Positions 1-9,239 of a DNA stretch of 64,000 nt are shown piece after piece. The translations under genes and the position numbers were made by a program. The notes under the pieces are model-generated. The model was not told the origin of the DNA. It saw nothing but the letters and a program-made list of their open reading frames with translations, and did no database searches. This stretch comes from Planctomycetota bacterium. Lineage in GTDB: Bacteria; Planctomycetota; B15-G4; SIAN01. Within the stretch, counting starts at the first letter, position 1. Each line of letters opens with the position of its first letter. The stretch lies in NCBI GenBank assembly GCA_028289345.1, contig JANQQL010000050.1, positions 202,370 through 266,369 of the forward strand, written 5' to 3'.

Positions 1-33
1 CGACCATGGCAAAACCAGCGTTTCGAGTCCGCA

Positions 34-462
34 TCACGGACCTCCTGCAAATCGAGAGACGAGCTGACGGAACTGACGCTCGTGGGTGCCCGTGCGATCG
101 GACCACTGGACTTCCACGCGTGCCTCCAAGAGAGAGGACGGATCGTTGGGTGGGTCGGGAACCAAGACTTCCACATGACCGGGAAGGCCATCCGGATCCC
201 CCTGAGGTGCTTGCAGGCGAATGCGCTCGTCTTCTAACGAGAAACCCCGCTGATGATGGTCGTCGAAGATCGTGGCGAAGCTCGCGCTTTCGACCATCTT
301 CAGCTCTTCATCCAGACGGTCACCCACCAAACGTTGGATCTCGATCGATTGGCGCATGTTGTTGGTGTCGAGAACAAGCTGCGCCGCCGCCATCACCGCT
401 ACGGCGAGCAACGCGGCCCCCACCACCAAGTCGAGAAGGCCGTAGCCGGCGCTACGACGCAT
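34..462 (-). CDS. prepilin-type N-terminal cleavage/methylation-like protein (pseudopilin-like), hypothetical
   Basis: Short leader MRRSAG followed by the hydrophobic segment YGLLDLVVGAALLAVAVMAAAQL, resembling the G/FTLxE prepilin motif with D in place of E. The ORF is 34..495; the start is chosen at the internal Met that gives a 6-aa leader. The motif is degenerate. Confidence 0.4.
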   Translation of the reverse strand: MRRSAGYGLLDLVVGAALLAVAVMAAAQLVLDTNNMRQSIEIQRLVGDRLDEELKMVESASFATIFDDHHQRGFSLEDERIRLQAPQGDPDGLPGHVEVLVPDPPNDPSSLLEARVEVQWSDRTGTHERQFRQLVSRFAGGP

Positions 463-682
463 TCGTGCTTCCGAAACCATGAACCCTTGCTCCACAAGAG
501 GGAGTTGTCAGACACAGCCAACCACGTCGCCTTCGGTTGGCGCGGGTCCTGTTGGTGAGAAGAAAATCATCTCGAGATCCGGGTTAACCAACGACTCTCA
601 AGGAGAGAGGCCTTCCGAATCGACGAGTAGTGTCCTGTCTCCAGACCAACGTCTGAAGCGCTCACCAGGAACCGAGATCCGC

Positions 683-1297
683 ATGAGTCAGCAAGGCAAA
701 CTTCGAGCACGACAAACGATCCTCGTGAACCGAAGCTTTCAACTGAAGGTCGTCGCACGGCTGGCCAGCATCTTGCTTTTCCAAGCGGTGTTGTTTTCCG
801 GACTTGCGGTACTTCTCCCCGCCGTTTGCGGGATTCTCGGTAGTCAATGGGAATGGGGTTGGGGGGAAACCCAGAACCGCGTTGGGATGGTGGCGTTCCT
901 CGGCCTCCCATTTCTGTGCGCGCTGGTCGGGTTCTTCGGCTTTGCCACCCTCGAGATGTTTCGGATCGCCGGCCCTTGTTACCGCTTTCGCACCATCCTT
1001 CGCAGTCTTCGAAACGGTCAGGTGCCCGCCGGGGTGAAGTTGCGAAGAGGGGACTACCTGCAAGACGTCGCACGGGAGTTCGACGAAACGGTTGCTTCGA
1101 TGCGTGGCGAGATCGAAGAGCTCCGCGCACTTGCCCATCGATCGGCGGAAGATCCCGAAGCGCTGTCTCAATTGACCGCCAAGCTCGATGCGATCGAGTT
1201 GCTGGGGTCGTCCTCGGAGGAAGGTGCTGACGAAGAGGAAGATTCCGCGCACCCATGGGACGAAGCCGAGTCGGTCACTCCCGCAGGGTTTCCCTAA
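683..1297 (+). CDS. small membrane protein with HAMP-like linker, hypothetical
   Basis: Two hydrophobic segments (LASILLFQAVLFSGLAVLL and VAFLGLPFLCALVGFFGFATL) followed by a HAMP-like stretch RRGDYLQDVAREFDETVASMRGEIEEL, then an acidic tail. Start taken at an internal Met of ORF 479..1297; the true start is uncertain. Confidence 0.5.
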   Translation: MSQQGKLRARQTILVNRSFQLKVVARLASILLFQAVLFSGLAVLLPAVCGILGSQWEWGWGETQNRVGMVAFLGLPFLCALVGFFGFATLEMFRIAGPCYRFRTILRSLRNGQVPAGVKLRRGDYLQDVAREFDETVASMRGEIEELRALAHRSAEDPEALSQLTAKLDAIELLGSSSEEGADEEEDSAHPWDEAESVTPAGFP

Positions 1298-1370
1298 GCG
1301 AGTTTCCAACCACGGATCGCCGAAACAGTCAAAGAGTTTGGCCGCCACCGACCTTTGCGAGTGACCTTCC

Positions 1371-2648
1371 ATGGCTTCTCCCTCTCCCAAACGTTCGCGT
1401 TCGAAGTTCCAGAAGAAGGGCCGCGGCCCGTCCCGCAAGGAAGTCGGGTCGGTCGTGATCCTCGCCCTGACCATCCTGACACCGATTCTGGTTGCGGGCG
1501 GCAGCATGATGTCGGCGCTCAACAACTACAGCCGCGAAGTCCGGACCCGTTCGGGGTTGCGAGTCGCGCAGGCAACCGCGGCCTCCGGGGCACACGAAAC
1601 CCTGTACATCCTGGATCAAGATCCCAGTTTTCGCGGAAGCCATGAAATCACCTTCGACAACGGGTTCGCCAACGTCCTCGTCGAGGAAATTGAAGCGACC
1701 GAAGGATCGATGCCTCTACTCCAGCTCCGCGCCGAGGGTTGGCACGAGAAGACCACCGCCAGCGATCAAGATGACTCGAGTCAATGGCACCGAAGCGTCG
1801 TCATTGCTGAGGTCGCCCAACGAACAAAGCAACTGGCGTTTCACCAAACCGTGTATTTGGGCAATCCCTATGAAGCGGTGGAAATCGGCTTCGGAAATGT
1901 CGAGTTCAAAGGCCAGGACGCTACTCCCGGATATGTTCCCGAGGACCCGGACGCAAACGAAGGCGAAGGAGATCACGTCTATTCGGTGGGGAGTCCCACG
2001 GACCTCGACGCTCTCAACGCGAGCTTTTCCACCTGGAAGAAAGACGACGGGGACGAGCTGGGCCTGACCCCGGAGTTGGACATCCCGCGCATGATCAGCG
2101 ACTTTGGTCGCGCGGCGGACCTCGTCCTTCCAGAAACGACGTTGGTCGCCACGGGAAACATGTCTCCTTCCCTCGGCCTCATGGTCGGAGGAGTCGCTGC
2201 GGATTCCGACGAAGCGGCTCTGTGGGGAGCCACCTCCGGCGCTGGCTCCGGCCTCGTCACCGACCTTCTGCCCGAGGGCATGGAAAGCGCCGTGGTTCAT
2301 GCTCCCGGGAATCTTTCGATCACCGGAGTCGTGGAAGGCGCCGGCGTGCTGGTGGTGGACGGCGATTTGAACGTGAACGGCGACTTCGTGTTCGATGGCC
2401 TGATCATTGTGCGAGGCAAAGTCAACATGATGGGCTGCGTCGACATCGACGGCGGTTTGTGGGTCGAAGGAGACAGCGCCGACCAGCCCTACGCGCCCGG
2501 CATCAGCATGTGTGGCGAGATCTCGGTGGAATTCACCGAGGAAGCCGCGGCGATCGCCTCGACCACGATCAGCAGCGGAATCGAGTTGGTCAGCTGGTAT
2601 CAAGACGTCCTCGATGAGTCTGTCACCGGATCCTCCTGGGATTTCTGA
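1371..2648 (+). CDS. membrane-anchored hypothetical protein
   Basis: N-terminal basic region followed by a TM helix VVILALTILTPILVAGGSMM. The rest has diverse, non-repetitive composition rich in D/E/N/G. The antisense ORF 1716..2795 is R/H/G-rich and looks like an artefact. Confidence 0.55.
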   Translation: MASPSPKRSRSKFQKKGRGPSRKEVGSVVILALTILTPILVAGGSMMSALNNYSREVRTRSGLRVAQATAASGAHETLYILDQDPSFRGSHEITFDNGFANVLVEEIEATEGSMPLLQLRAEGWHEKTTASDQDDSSQWHRSVVIAEVAQRTKQLAFHQTVYLGNPYEAVEIGFGNVEFKGQDATPGYVPEDPDANEGEGDHVYSVGSPTDLDALNASFSTWKKDDGDELGLTPELDIPRMISDFGRAADLVLPETTLVATGNMSPSLGLMVGGVAADSDEAALWGATSGAGSGLVTDLLPEGMESAVVHAPGNLSITGVVEGAGVLVVDGDLNVNGDFVFDGLIIVRGKVNMMGCVDIDGGLWVEGDSADQPYAPGISMCGEISVEFTEEAAAIASTTISSGIELVSWYQDVLDESVTGSSWDF

Positions 2649-4245
2649 GCCAGGACCCGTTCTTCGGTCCGCGGATTCCGATTCCGGCTCCCGGCGCTGG
2701 CTCGGTTGTCGTGGACAGTTCGTTCTGTTCTCGACCGTGCTGGTGGTGTCGCTTTCGATTCTGCTCGGCTGGTTGCTACGGGACATCGCGTCCACGCTGC
2801 TGAACCGGCACTACGAATCCGAAGTAGACTTCGTTGAGCGCCGGCTAGCCAGCGCAGCCGCCGAAGCCCTCGAAACAAAAAGCGTGGCAGCAATCGAAGC
2901 GTTGCGATCTCTCCCCGATCAAAGCGTTGCTCGCTTCTTCGCCTGCTACAGCCGCCGCGGCGAGATGGTTTCCTACTCGGCTTCTTCCGAGATCCCCGGC
3001 TTGGAACCCAGCTTGGTCAAGTTCGGGCAACGCAATGAAGTCAAGGGGCTCCGGCACATCACGGACCCACTGGGTGTCGAGTTGGTCTACTCGCCGGTGC
3101 GGGCAAGAGGCGCCAACTCTGCCCCAGGATCTCCTCCAGGACTTCCCGTCGGCTCCATCTTGGTCGGATACTCACGCCAAGCGTTCGAACAACGCGCCAA
3201 CCAGTTGCAGTCGCGCATTTGGATCGTCACCGGGTTGTTGGGCGCGGCCTCCATGGTGGCCGCGTGGTTCTTGACACGAGCCCTCACTCATCCGGTTCGA
3301 GCCTTGACCGAGGCCGTCCAAGCGGGCTCCCGAGACGGCGAACTGACTCGCGTGACCATCACTGCACGGGACGAAGTGGGATTGTTGGCCCACCGTTTCA
3401 ACGGGATGGTCGACGAGGTGCAACAGAACCGCCAACTTCTTCGTGACCAAGCCGGCCGTCTCGAGTTCACGGTGAAAGAGCGCACCCAAGAACTCGAACA
3501 AGCGCTGCAGGAACTCCGCGAGCTGGACAAGGAGAACACCCAAGCCCTCTCCTCCGTGTCCCACGAGTTCCGCACACCCCTTGCATCGCTGATGGGGATG
3601 GGAGAAATCCTCGAGATGGAGGGGCTGGGCCCCGAGGAACAAGCAGAGTTTCTGGACGGAATCCGGGAAAGCCTGCAGCGGCTCGAGCGCACGGCTCGAA
3701 GCTTCCGCCAAGTCGCCTGGGTGGAATCTCGGTCGGCGAGCATCGAACGGAAGCCGACATCCGTCGACGACCTGGTGCGTGCCGCAAGGGAGCTCGTGGC
3801 TCGATTTTGGCCGGAACGCCAGTTCCTGGTCGAGGCCCCCACGACTCCGACCGGTGAGCCCCCTGCCGATCCCTGCCTGGTCTTCGCCGCCCTGGAAGAG
3901 CTGCTACGCAATGCCTTCGAGTTCTCGCCCGATTCTGGAGCAGTCACGCTGCGGATCGAGCAGCAGGACGACATGCTCTGCTTGATCGTGGTCGACCAAG
4001 GCCCGGGATTGCCGGATCCGATCCGAGAGTTCGTGTTCGACAAATTCCGCCAAGGCGGCGACCTCATGACCCACAAGCCCTCGGGAACCGGGCTCGGTCT
4101 GGCTTTCTGTCAGCGGGTCGCCTGCGTGCACGGCGGGTTCATCCGACTGGACGACTCGAGCCAGGGAACTCGAGTTTGTCTCGCCCTCCCTTGTCATCCG
4201 GAGGCGCTGTTGGCTCAGTTCCGAAGCGAAGAGACGGTCTCATGA
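2614..4245 (+). CDS. sensor histidine kinase (TM, HAMP, HisKA, HATPase_c)
   Basis: TM segment LFSTVLVVSLSILLGWLL, HAMP motif EVGLLAHRFNGMVDEV, H-box SHEFRTPLASL, G-box GTGLGLAFCQRVACVHGG. The start is uncertain (ATG at 2614 or GTG near 2737) and overlaps the upstream gene. Confidence 0.8.
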   Translation: MSLSPDPPGISEPGPVLRSADSDSGSRRWLGCRGQFVLFSTVLVVSLSILLGWLLRDIASTLLNRHYESEVDFVERRLASAAAEALETKSVAAIEALRSLPDQSVARFFACYSRRGEMVSYSASSEIPGLEPSLVKFGQRNEVKGLRHITDPLGVELVYSPVRARGANSAPGSPPGLPVGSILVGYSRQAFEQRANQLQSRIWIVTGLLGAASMVAAWFLTRALTHPVRALTEAVQAGSRDGELTRVTITARDEVGLLAHRFNGMVDEVQQNRQLLRDQAGRLEFTVKERTQELEQALQELRELDKENTQALSSVSHEFRTPLASLMGMGEILEMEGLGPEEQAEFLDGIRESLQRLERTARSFRQVAWVESRSASIERKPTSVDDLVRAARELVARFWPERQFLVEAPTTPTGEPPADPCLVFAALEELLRNAFEFSPDSGAVTLRIEQQDDMLCLIVVDQGPGLPDPIREFVFDKFRQGGDLMTHKPSGTGLGLAFCQRVACVHGGFIRLDDSSQGTRVCLALPCHPEALLAQFRSEETVS

Positions 4246-5708
4246 AAGCGCGCCGAGGACTGCGCTGGAAAGCCATGACGACGGTCGGTGGGCTGATGTT
4301 TTTCTTGTCCCTTACGCTGGCCGGATTCATCTTTGCTTCCGCCACCAAGGAAGCGGGAATCCTTCGTTCGCAGCGAGTCAATCTTCTTGCCGAGCAAGTG
4401 GCCCACCGATGGATGCAAGCCACCGATCGCCTCGACGAAGAGCTTCTCTCCTCCCTCTTGTCAAATTTCGTCGAAGACCCATTTCTGGAAGGTGCAGCGG
4501 TCCTCGACAGGCACGGTCAGGTGATCGCTCGGGCCGGCACCGTTCCGGAGTCGATTCCGGGACCGGACAACGAACACTGGTCCCAGGCAGATCGGGCACC
4601 CATGCCCGTCGACTCGAAAGATCTTGCGACCAACGCCCCGTCTCCCTTCGTCTTCGCCGCGTTCGTGTCTCCTGGAGAAGAGACTCGATCGCTGCTGGGT
4701 GCGGCCTCGAGCATCTTGTGGATCGTGCTGGGAGTCACCATGGCCGCGATCATCTTGGCCTGGATCTCCACCCAGTCACTGATTCTCCCGCTCCTACAAC
4801 TCGTGCGCGCAACGGGACAAGTGGCAGATGGAGACCGAACGGCTCCGGTGGCAACCAAACGCCGCGATGAGCTTGGTCTTCTGTCACGCGCGTTCCAACG
4901 AATGGCGGATCGCATCATCGCGGTTCACGAAGACCTCGAAGCGCACAACGCTTCCCTCGAACTCGCGGTGGAGCAGCGCAAGCGTGAGTTGCAGTCGGCC
5001 TACCAAGAAACAGAGCAAGTCGACCAACTCAAAGACAACCTTCTGCAGAACGTCGCGCTGCGCATGGACAAGCCCTTGGAGAATCTGCGCCAAGCAACCG
5101 AGCAGCTGGCAACAGCGGCGCCCGAGTCGGCTCCTTCTCACGCAACTCTTCTCCTGCAGCGGGGCCGGAACCTCGAAGGAATCGTCGACGATGCGCTCGA
5201 CTGCGCGGCTCTCGAATCCCCCGATCTCGAATGGGACCGTTCAGCAACCGACGTTGCGGAGCTTCTCGCGTTGGGCAAAGAGCACTTGGGAGAGCGCTTC
5301 TCTCGTCGCGACCAGACTTGCGCGATCGCGATGCCGGACTTCGGGGGCGCTCGGTTTCTTTGGCAACGTCAGCGAATGCAACAGGTCTTTCGCTACCTGC
5401 TCGCCACCTTGGCCCGCCAATCTCCCCTGGGCGCGGAGTTGATCGTGGAAGGACGGTGCACCGACTCGCAAACCGCCGCAATCTGTTTCACCTCCCAGGG
5501 GGGGAGTGAGACAGACCACTCGGAGCCGTTCCCTCCCGCCGGGCTCGGTCTTTGTCAGGAAGTCGTCGAGCGTCACGGAGGATCCCTGACAACACCCGCA
5601 GAGAACTCCGGGGGATTCGAACTCCAGTTCCCTCTCTCCGGTGAAGAGGAAGTGGTCACGAACTCGAGTGGCCCCTCGTCCCGGCAAGTTTCGGCTTTTC
5701 CCGACTGA
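4242..5708 (+). CDS. histidine-kinase-like protein lacking the phospho-acceptor His (TM, HAMP, degenerate HisKA, degenerate HATPase)
   Basis: Start ATG overlaps the stop of the upstream kinase (ATGA). TM segments, then HAMP motif ELGLLSRAFQRMADRI. The H-box position reads NVALRMDKPLENL, with Leu where His is expected (compare SHEFRTPL upstream). The C-terminus has GLGLCQEVVERHGGSL but no clear D/G1 box. Confidence 0.7.
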   Translation: MKARRGLRWKAMTTVGGLMFFLSLTLAGFIFASATKEAGILRSQRVNLLAEQVAHRWMQATDRLDEELLSSLLSNFVEDPFLEGAAVLDRHGQVIARAGTVPESIPGPDNEHWSQADRAPMPVDSKDLATNAPSPFVFAAFVSPGEETRSLLGAASSILWIVLGVTMAAIILAWISTQSLILPLLQLVRATGQVADGDRTAPVATKRRDELGLLSRAFQRMADRIIAVHEDLEAHNASLELAVEQRKRELQSAYQETEQVDQLKDNLLQNVALRMDKPLENLRQATEQLATAAPESAPSHATLLLQRGRNLEGIVDDALDCAALESPDLEWDRSATDVAELLALGKEHLGERFSRRDQTCAIAMPDFGGARFLWQRQRMQQVFRYLLATLARQSPLGAELIVEGRCTDSQTAAICFTSQGGSETDHSEPFPPAGLGLCQEVVERHGGSLTTPAENSGGFELQFPLSGEEEVVTNSSGPSSRQVSAFPD

Positions 5709-5762
5709 TCAAGCCCCGACTCGAACATTGTTCGGATCCGTCCGCGCCTTGGGCACTCCCCG

Positions 5763-6233
5763 TCACAGGTCTGCCACTTCTCCTCGCAAGGCGCGCAGCA
5801 TCGCCATCGCGTACCCCAGGTGGATGCCTTCGTGGAAGTTGTTGAACTTGATCGCCTCGTCGACGCTCTTTAACGGGATCCCCGCGGACGTCACGTACGG
5901 GCGGAACTTTTCAAACCGTCCCGACTCGTAGTCTTCGGCGAGCATTTCGGGGAACGCCGTGAGCTGTTCTTTGATTCGCGCGAGATCCGGCAACTCTTCC
6001 CAGCGCTCGGGTGAGGACCCCTTCTGAAACATCTCGACGGTGGCATCGTCGACCATCATTGGGAGCCCGGAGAGCTTGTAGTGCAAGAGCTGCTGGGTGA
6101 CGACCACGTGGCCAACATTCCACAGGATGTTGTTGCGGAATCCGGTGGGCGTTTCCAGCAGCAAGTCATCGTTCTTGTCGGCGAACTTTCGAAACAATGC
6201 GCGAATGCCTTTGAGTTGTTCGATCTCAATCAT
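5763..6233 (-). CDS. DinB/YfiT-like family protein
   Basis: Resembles DinB_2/YfiT-type four-helix metal-binding proteins, including the motif HEGIHLGYAMAM. Start taken at MIEIEQL inside ORF 5763..6281. Confidence 0.65.
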   Translation of the reverse strand: MIEIEQLKGIRALFRKFADKNDDLLLETPTGFRNNILWNVGHVVVTQQLLHYKLSGLPMMVDDATVEMFQKGSSPERWEELPDLARIKEQLTAFPEMLAEDYESGRFEKFRPYVTSAGIPLKSVDEAIKFNNFHEGIHLGYAMAMLRALRGEVADL

Positions 6234-6281
6234 TTCCACCTCCTGGCCTCCGGAAGACTGTCGCGAATCTCGATCACGCAC

Positions 6282-7676
6282 TCAGCCTTCCAGAACCTCC
6301 CCTTTCTTCACGATGGCCTGTTCCGATCCGTCGTTTTGCATGGACACTTTGCCTCGGGCGACGACCCCCTCCTGGAAACGAAAGTCTCCCCGAACCTCGA
6401 GGCGTTCGCAATCGATCAATGAAGGCGCCCCGTCGGCGAAACGGTCGGAGAAATCGTCGATTCCCTTGAAATACCGGGAATCCAGGTCGACCACGAGCTT
6501 CCGCAGCCGGCTTTCGTCCACCGGAAGCATTCGGCTCTCTTCGGTCAGGACATACTGATCCGACCACAGTGCGAGCAGGTCATTGGTCGTTTTCACCGGC
6601 GCAAAGCGAGAGCGCGGGACCACCACTGCCTGGGCATTGTCGAAGGACGAGATCGCCGCCCCCATGGCGGTCTCCAGCTGGTACACCTTCGGGCTCGCCG
6701 GGTCCCCGGAGTCCGCGGTCTTCTGGTTGCGGATCATCGGCAGCCCCAGCACCGAGTCGTTCTCCTTCAATGTCTTCTCGAGCGCGCCCAAGTTCAGCCA
6801 CAGACTGTTGGTATTGAAGAACCGGTACTTTTCGATGTTCTGGAAGTCATCCTTTTCTTCGTCCGGACACTGGGCAGATTCTCGCAACGTCAATCGTCCG
6901 TTGGCGAGCAACGCCAAGTGACCACCCTTCTTGTCGGCTTCGGTGCGCCGCGCGACTTCCATCGCGAACGGCACCTCTTTGCCGGCGAACCAACCGAGCA
7001 GGTTCAGGTCCAAGACGGCTCCCAGGTTGTCAGCGTTGGAAACAAACGCGTAATCGATCCCTTGGTTGCGCAGCGTTTCGAGCATGCCCGACGTTTGCAA
7101 GGCGGTGTAGATGTCGCCATGTCCGGGAGGACACCATTCCGCGTTCGCGTCCGCTGGCCATTCGAGCGGGGCCAGATCGTCCACCCGAATCCGAGGCACT
7201 TTGTGCTGCAAGAAGTCGAGCGGCACTCCACTCGCCAGCCCCTCGTGCCGACTCAACGCCTGCAGCGAATCGTCCCGGGTTCGGAAGCTGTTCATCAACA
7301 CCAAAGGCAGATTGCAGTCATGGGTTCGGCGCAGATGCAGTACCTGCCCGGCAATGATGTCCAGGAACGAGCGCCCCTCTTTCACCGGCAAGAGCGACTT
7401 GGCCCGAGTCATCCCCATGCTCGTCCCCAAGCCTCCATTGAGCTTGATGACCACGGCGCGATTCAAGGCCTGGGCTCCGGCATCTTCATGACCGGTCAGA
7501 TCTTCATAGGCCGGAACCTTCTCGACGGGCGCGATGTCCGCCTGGGTGAGCAGTCCCGTCTCCCCTTTGCGCAAGAGGTCAAAGTAGTGGGCGAAGGTGT
7601 CGATGGCGATGGGGGCCAGTCCGGCGCCTTCCATCTTGGTTCGAAACGGGCCAAAACCCTCGGGGTCGCGGCTCAC
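6282..7676 (-). CDS. UTP--glucose-1-phosphate uridylyltransferase, eukaryotic UDPGP type
   Basis: Motifs KLNGGLGTSMG, FVSNADNLGA and the overall 464-aa architecture match the UGP2/UDPGP family, not bacterial GalU. Confidence 0.85.
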   Translation of the reverse strand: MSRDPEGFGPFRTKMEGAGLAPIAIDTFAHYFDLLRKGETGLLTQADIAPVEKVPAYEDLTGHEDAGAQALNRAVVIKLNGGLGTSMGMTRAKSLLPVKEGRSFLDIIAGQVLHLRRTHDCNLPLVLMNSFRTRDDSLQALSRHEGLASGVPLDFLQHKVPRIRVDDLAPLEWPADANAEWCPPGHGDIYTALQTSGMLETLRNQGIDYAFVSNADNLGAVLDLNLLGWFAGKEVPFAMEVARRTEADKKGGHLALLANGRLTLRESAQCPDEEKDDFQNIEKYRFFNTNSLWLNLGALEKTLKENDSVLGLPMIRNQKTADSGDPASPKVYQLETAMGAAISSFDNAQAVVVPRSRFAPVKTTNDLLALWSDQYVLTEESRMLPVDESRLRKLVVDLDSRYFKGIDDFSDRFADGAPSLIDCERLEVRGDFRFQEGVVARGKVSMQNDGSEQAIVKKGEVLEG

Positions 7677-7747
7677 GGCAGCCTCCTTCGTTTGCTTGGG
7701 GTCGCAGGGGTTGGTGGCGGCATCGGCCCGATCCCCCGGAGCGACGT

Positions 7748-8242
7748 TCAGCTTCCTTTTCGGCGATCGAGGGTCAGGAACACGAACGGGACCGCGTGAC
7801 GCTCATCCGGCTCGAACGTCTCCTTTTCGACCTCGACCCAATCTTCGTCCTGCAACTCCGGAAAGACTGTGTCGCCCTCGTACTCCGCATCGATTCGGGT
7901 GAGATAGATGCGATCGGCCTGGTCGAGAAGCTCGCGGTACACCACGCCCCCGCCCAACACCATCAACTCCGGGTGACCCTCGGCGATCTCCAGGGCTTGG
8001 TCGAAGTCGTGCACGATCACCGTGCCCTCGACCCGGTAGTCCCGATCCCGAGTCAGAATGATGTTGGTGCGCCCGGGCAGCGGCTTCCCGACGGTCTCGA
8101 ATGTCTTGCGGCCCATGAGGATCGGCTTGCCCATGGTCAGCTCTTTGACCCGCCGCAGGTCCTTGGGCAGGTGCCACGGCAAACCGTCGTCCTTACCGAT
8201 CACGCCGTTCTTCGCGGCTGCTACCAGGAACGAGATGCGCAT
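7748..8242 (-). CDS. folA: dihydrofolate reductase
   Basis: [49 protein letters not shown] is a classic DHFR N-terminus. The ATG overlaps the thyA stop by 1 nt. Confidence 0.9.
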   Translation of the reverse strand: MRISFLVAAAKNGVIGKDDGLPWHLPKDLRRVKELTMGKPILMGRKTFETVGKPLPGRTNIILTRDRDYRVEGTVIVHDFDQALEIAEGHPELMVLGGGVVYRELLDQADRIYLTRIDAEYEGDTVFPELQDEDWVEVEKETFEPDERHAVPFVFLTLDRRKGS

Positions 8243-9036
8243 CAGACGGCTACCTTCGCCTTGATCAGGGGATGGCTCTGATATCCCTCGATCTCGAAAT
8301 CTTCGTACTGGAAGGCAAACAGATCCTTCACCGCCGGATTCAGCTTCATGGTCGGTCGTGGGAACGGCTTGCGAGAAAGCTGCAGTCGCGCGGCATCCAA
8401 GTGGTTCGAGTAAAGGTGCGCGTCGCCGAAGGTATGCACGAAGTCCCCCGGTTCGAGTCCGGTGACCTGAGCGACCATCATGGTCAACAACGCGTACGAG
8501 GCGATGTTGAACGGGACTCCCAGGAAGATGTCCGCGCTGCGCTGGTAGAGCTGGCAGGAGAGCTTCCCGTCGGCCACGTAGAACTGGAACATGGTGTGGC
8601 AAGGCGGCAAGGCCATGCGGTCCACTTCGGCCACGTTCCAGGCGCTGACCAGGAGTCGGCGGGAATCCGGGTTCTGGCGAATCTGTTTCAACACCTGGGA
8701 GATCTGGTCGATCTTGCGGCCGTCCGGCGCGGGCCAAGAGCGCCACTGGGTGCCGTACACCGGTCCTAGATCGCCGTTGTCGTCGGCCCATTCGTCCCAG
8801 ATGGTGACTTTGTGCTCTTGCAGCCAGCGCACGTTGTTGTCACCGCGCAAGAACCAAAGCAGCTCATAGATGATGGAACGGAGGTGCACCTTCTTGGTGG
8901 TGACCAGGGGAAACCCTTCGGAGAGGTCGAAGCGCAGCTGGTGGCCGAAGATGCTTCGCGTTCCGGTACCGGTGCGGTCCTCCTTGCGAGTCCCGTGGTC
9001 CAGGACGTGCTGCATCAACTCCAGGTACGACTTCAT
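8242..9036 (-). CDS. thyA: thymidylate synthase
   Basis: 264 aa with the catalytic region [13 protein letters not shown] and a DAHLYSNH-type C-terminus, ending in the conserved terminal Val. Confidence 0.95.
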   Translation of the reverse strand: MKSYLELMQHVLDHGTRKEDRTGTGTRSIFGHQLRFDLSEGFPLVTTKKVHLRSIIYELLWFLRGDNNVRWLQEHKVTIWDEWADDNGDLGPVYGTQWRSWPAPDGRKIDQISQVLKQIRQNPDSRRLLVSAWNVAEVDRMALPPCHTMFQFYVADGKLSCQLYQRSADIFLGVPFNIASYALLTMMVAQVTGLEPGDFVHTFGDAHLYSNHLDAARLQLSRKPFPRPTMKLNPAVKDLFAFQYEDFEIEGYQSHPLIKAKVAV

Positions 9037-9239
9037 CGCTCCTCCTCCCGGGCCCCGTCCCGCGGGTCATGGTCTTGGGCGCAAAATGGACGCCTGCGGG
9101 CACACCCTCCGCCAGAGTAGCCAGATTCCCGCGACCCGGGACGGAGAGACTTCGGCAAATCCGCGGCTCGCGGGATCTGCCCAACCGCACCGCCCGGGTA
9201 TCGTCCCGGGACCTTCCCGAACCGATCCAGGAGAACGCC

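Noticed and set aside
1716-2795. 359-aa minus-strand ORF (and the similar 662..1525 ORF)
   Set aside because: Antisense to plus-strand genes that carry TM and HAMP features. The composition is dominated by R/H/G/D runs with no recognisable motifs.
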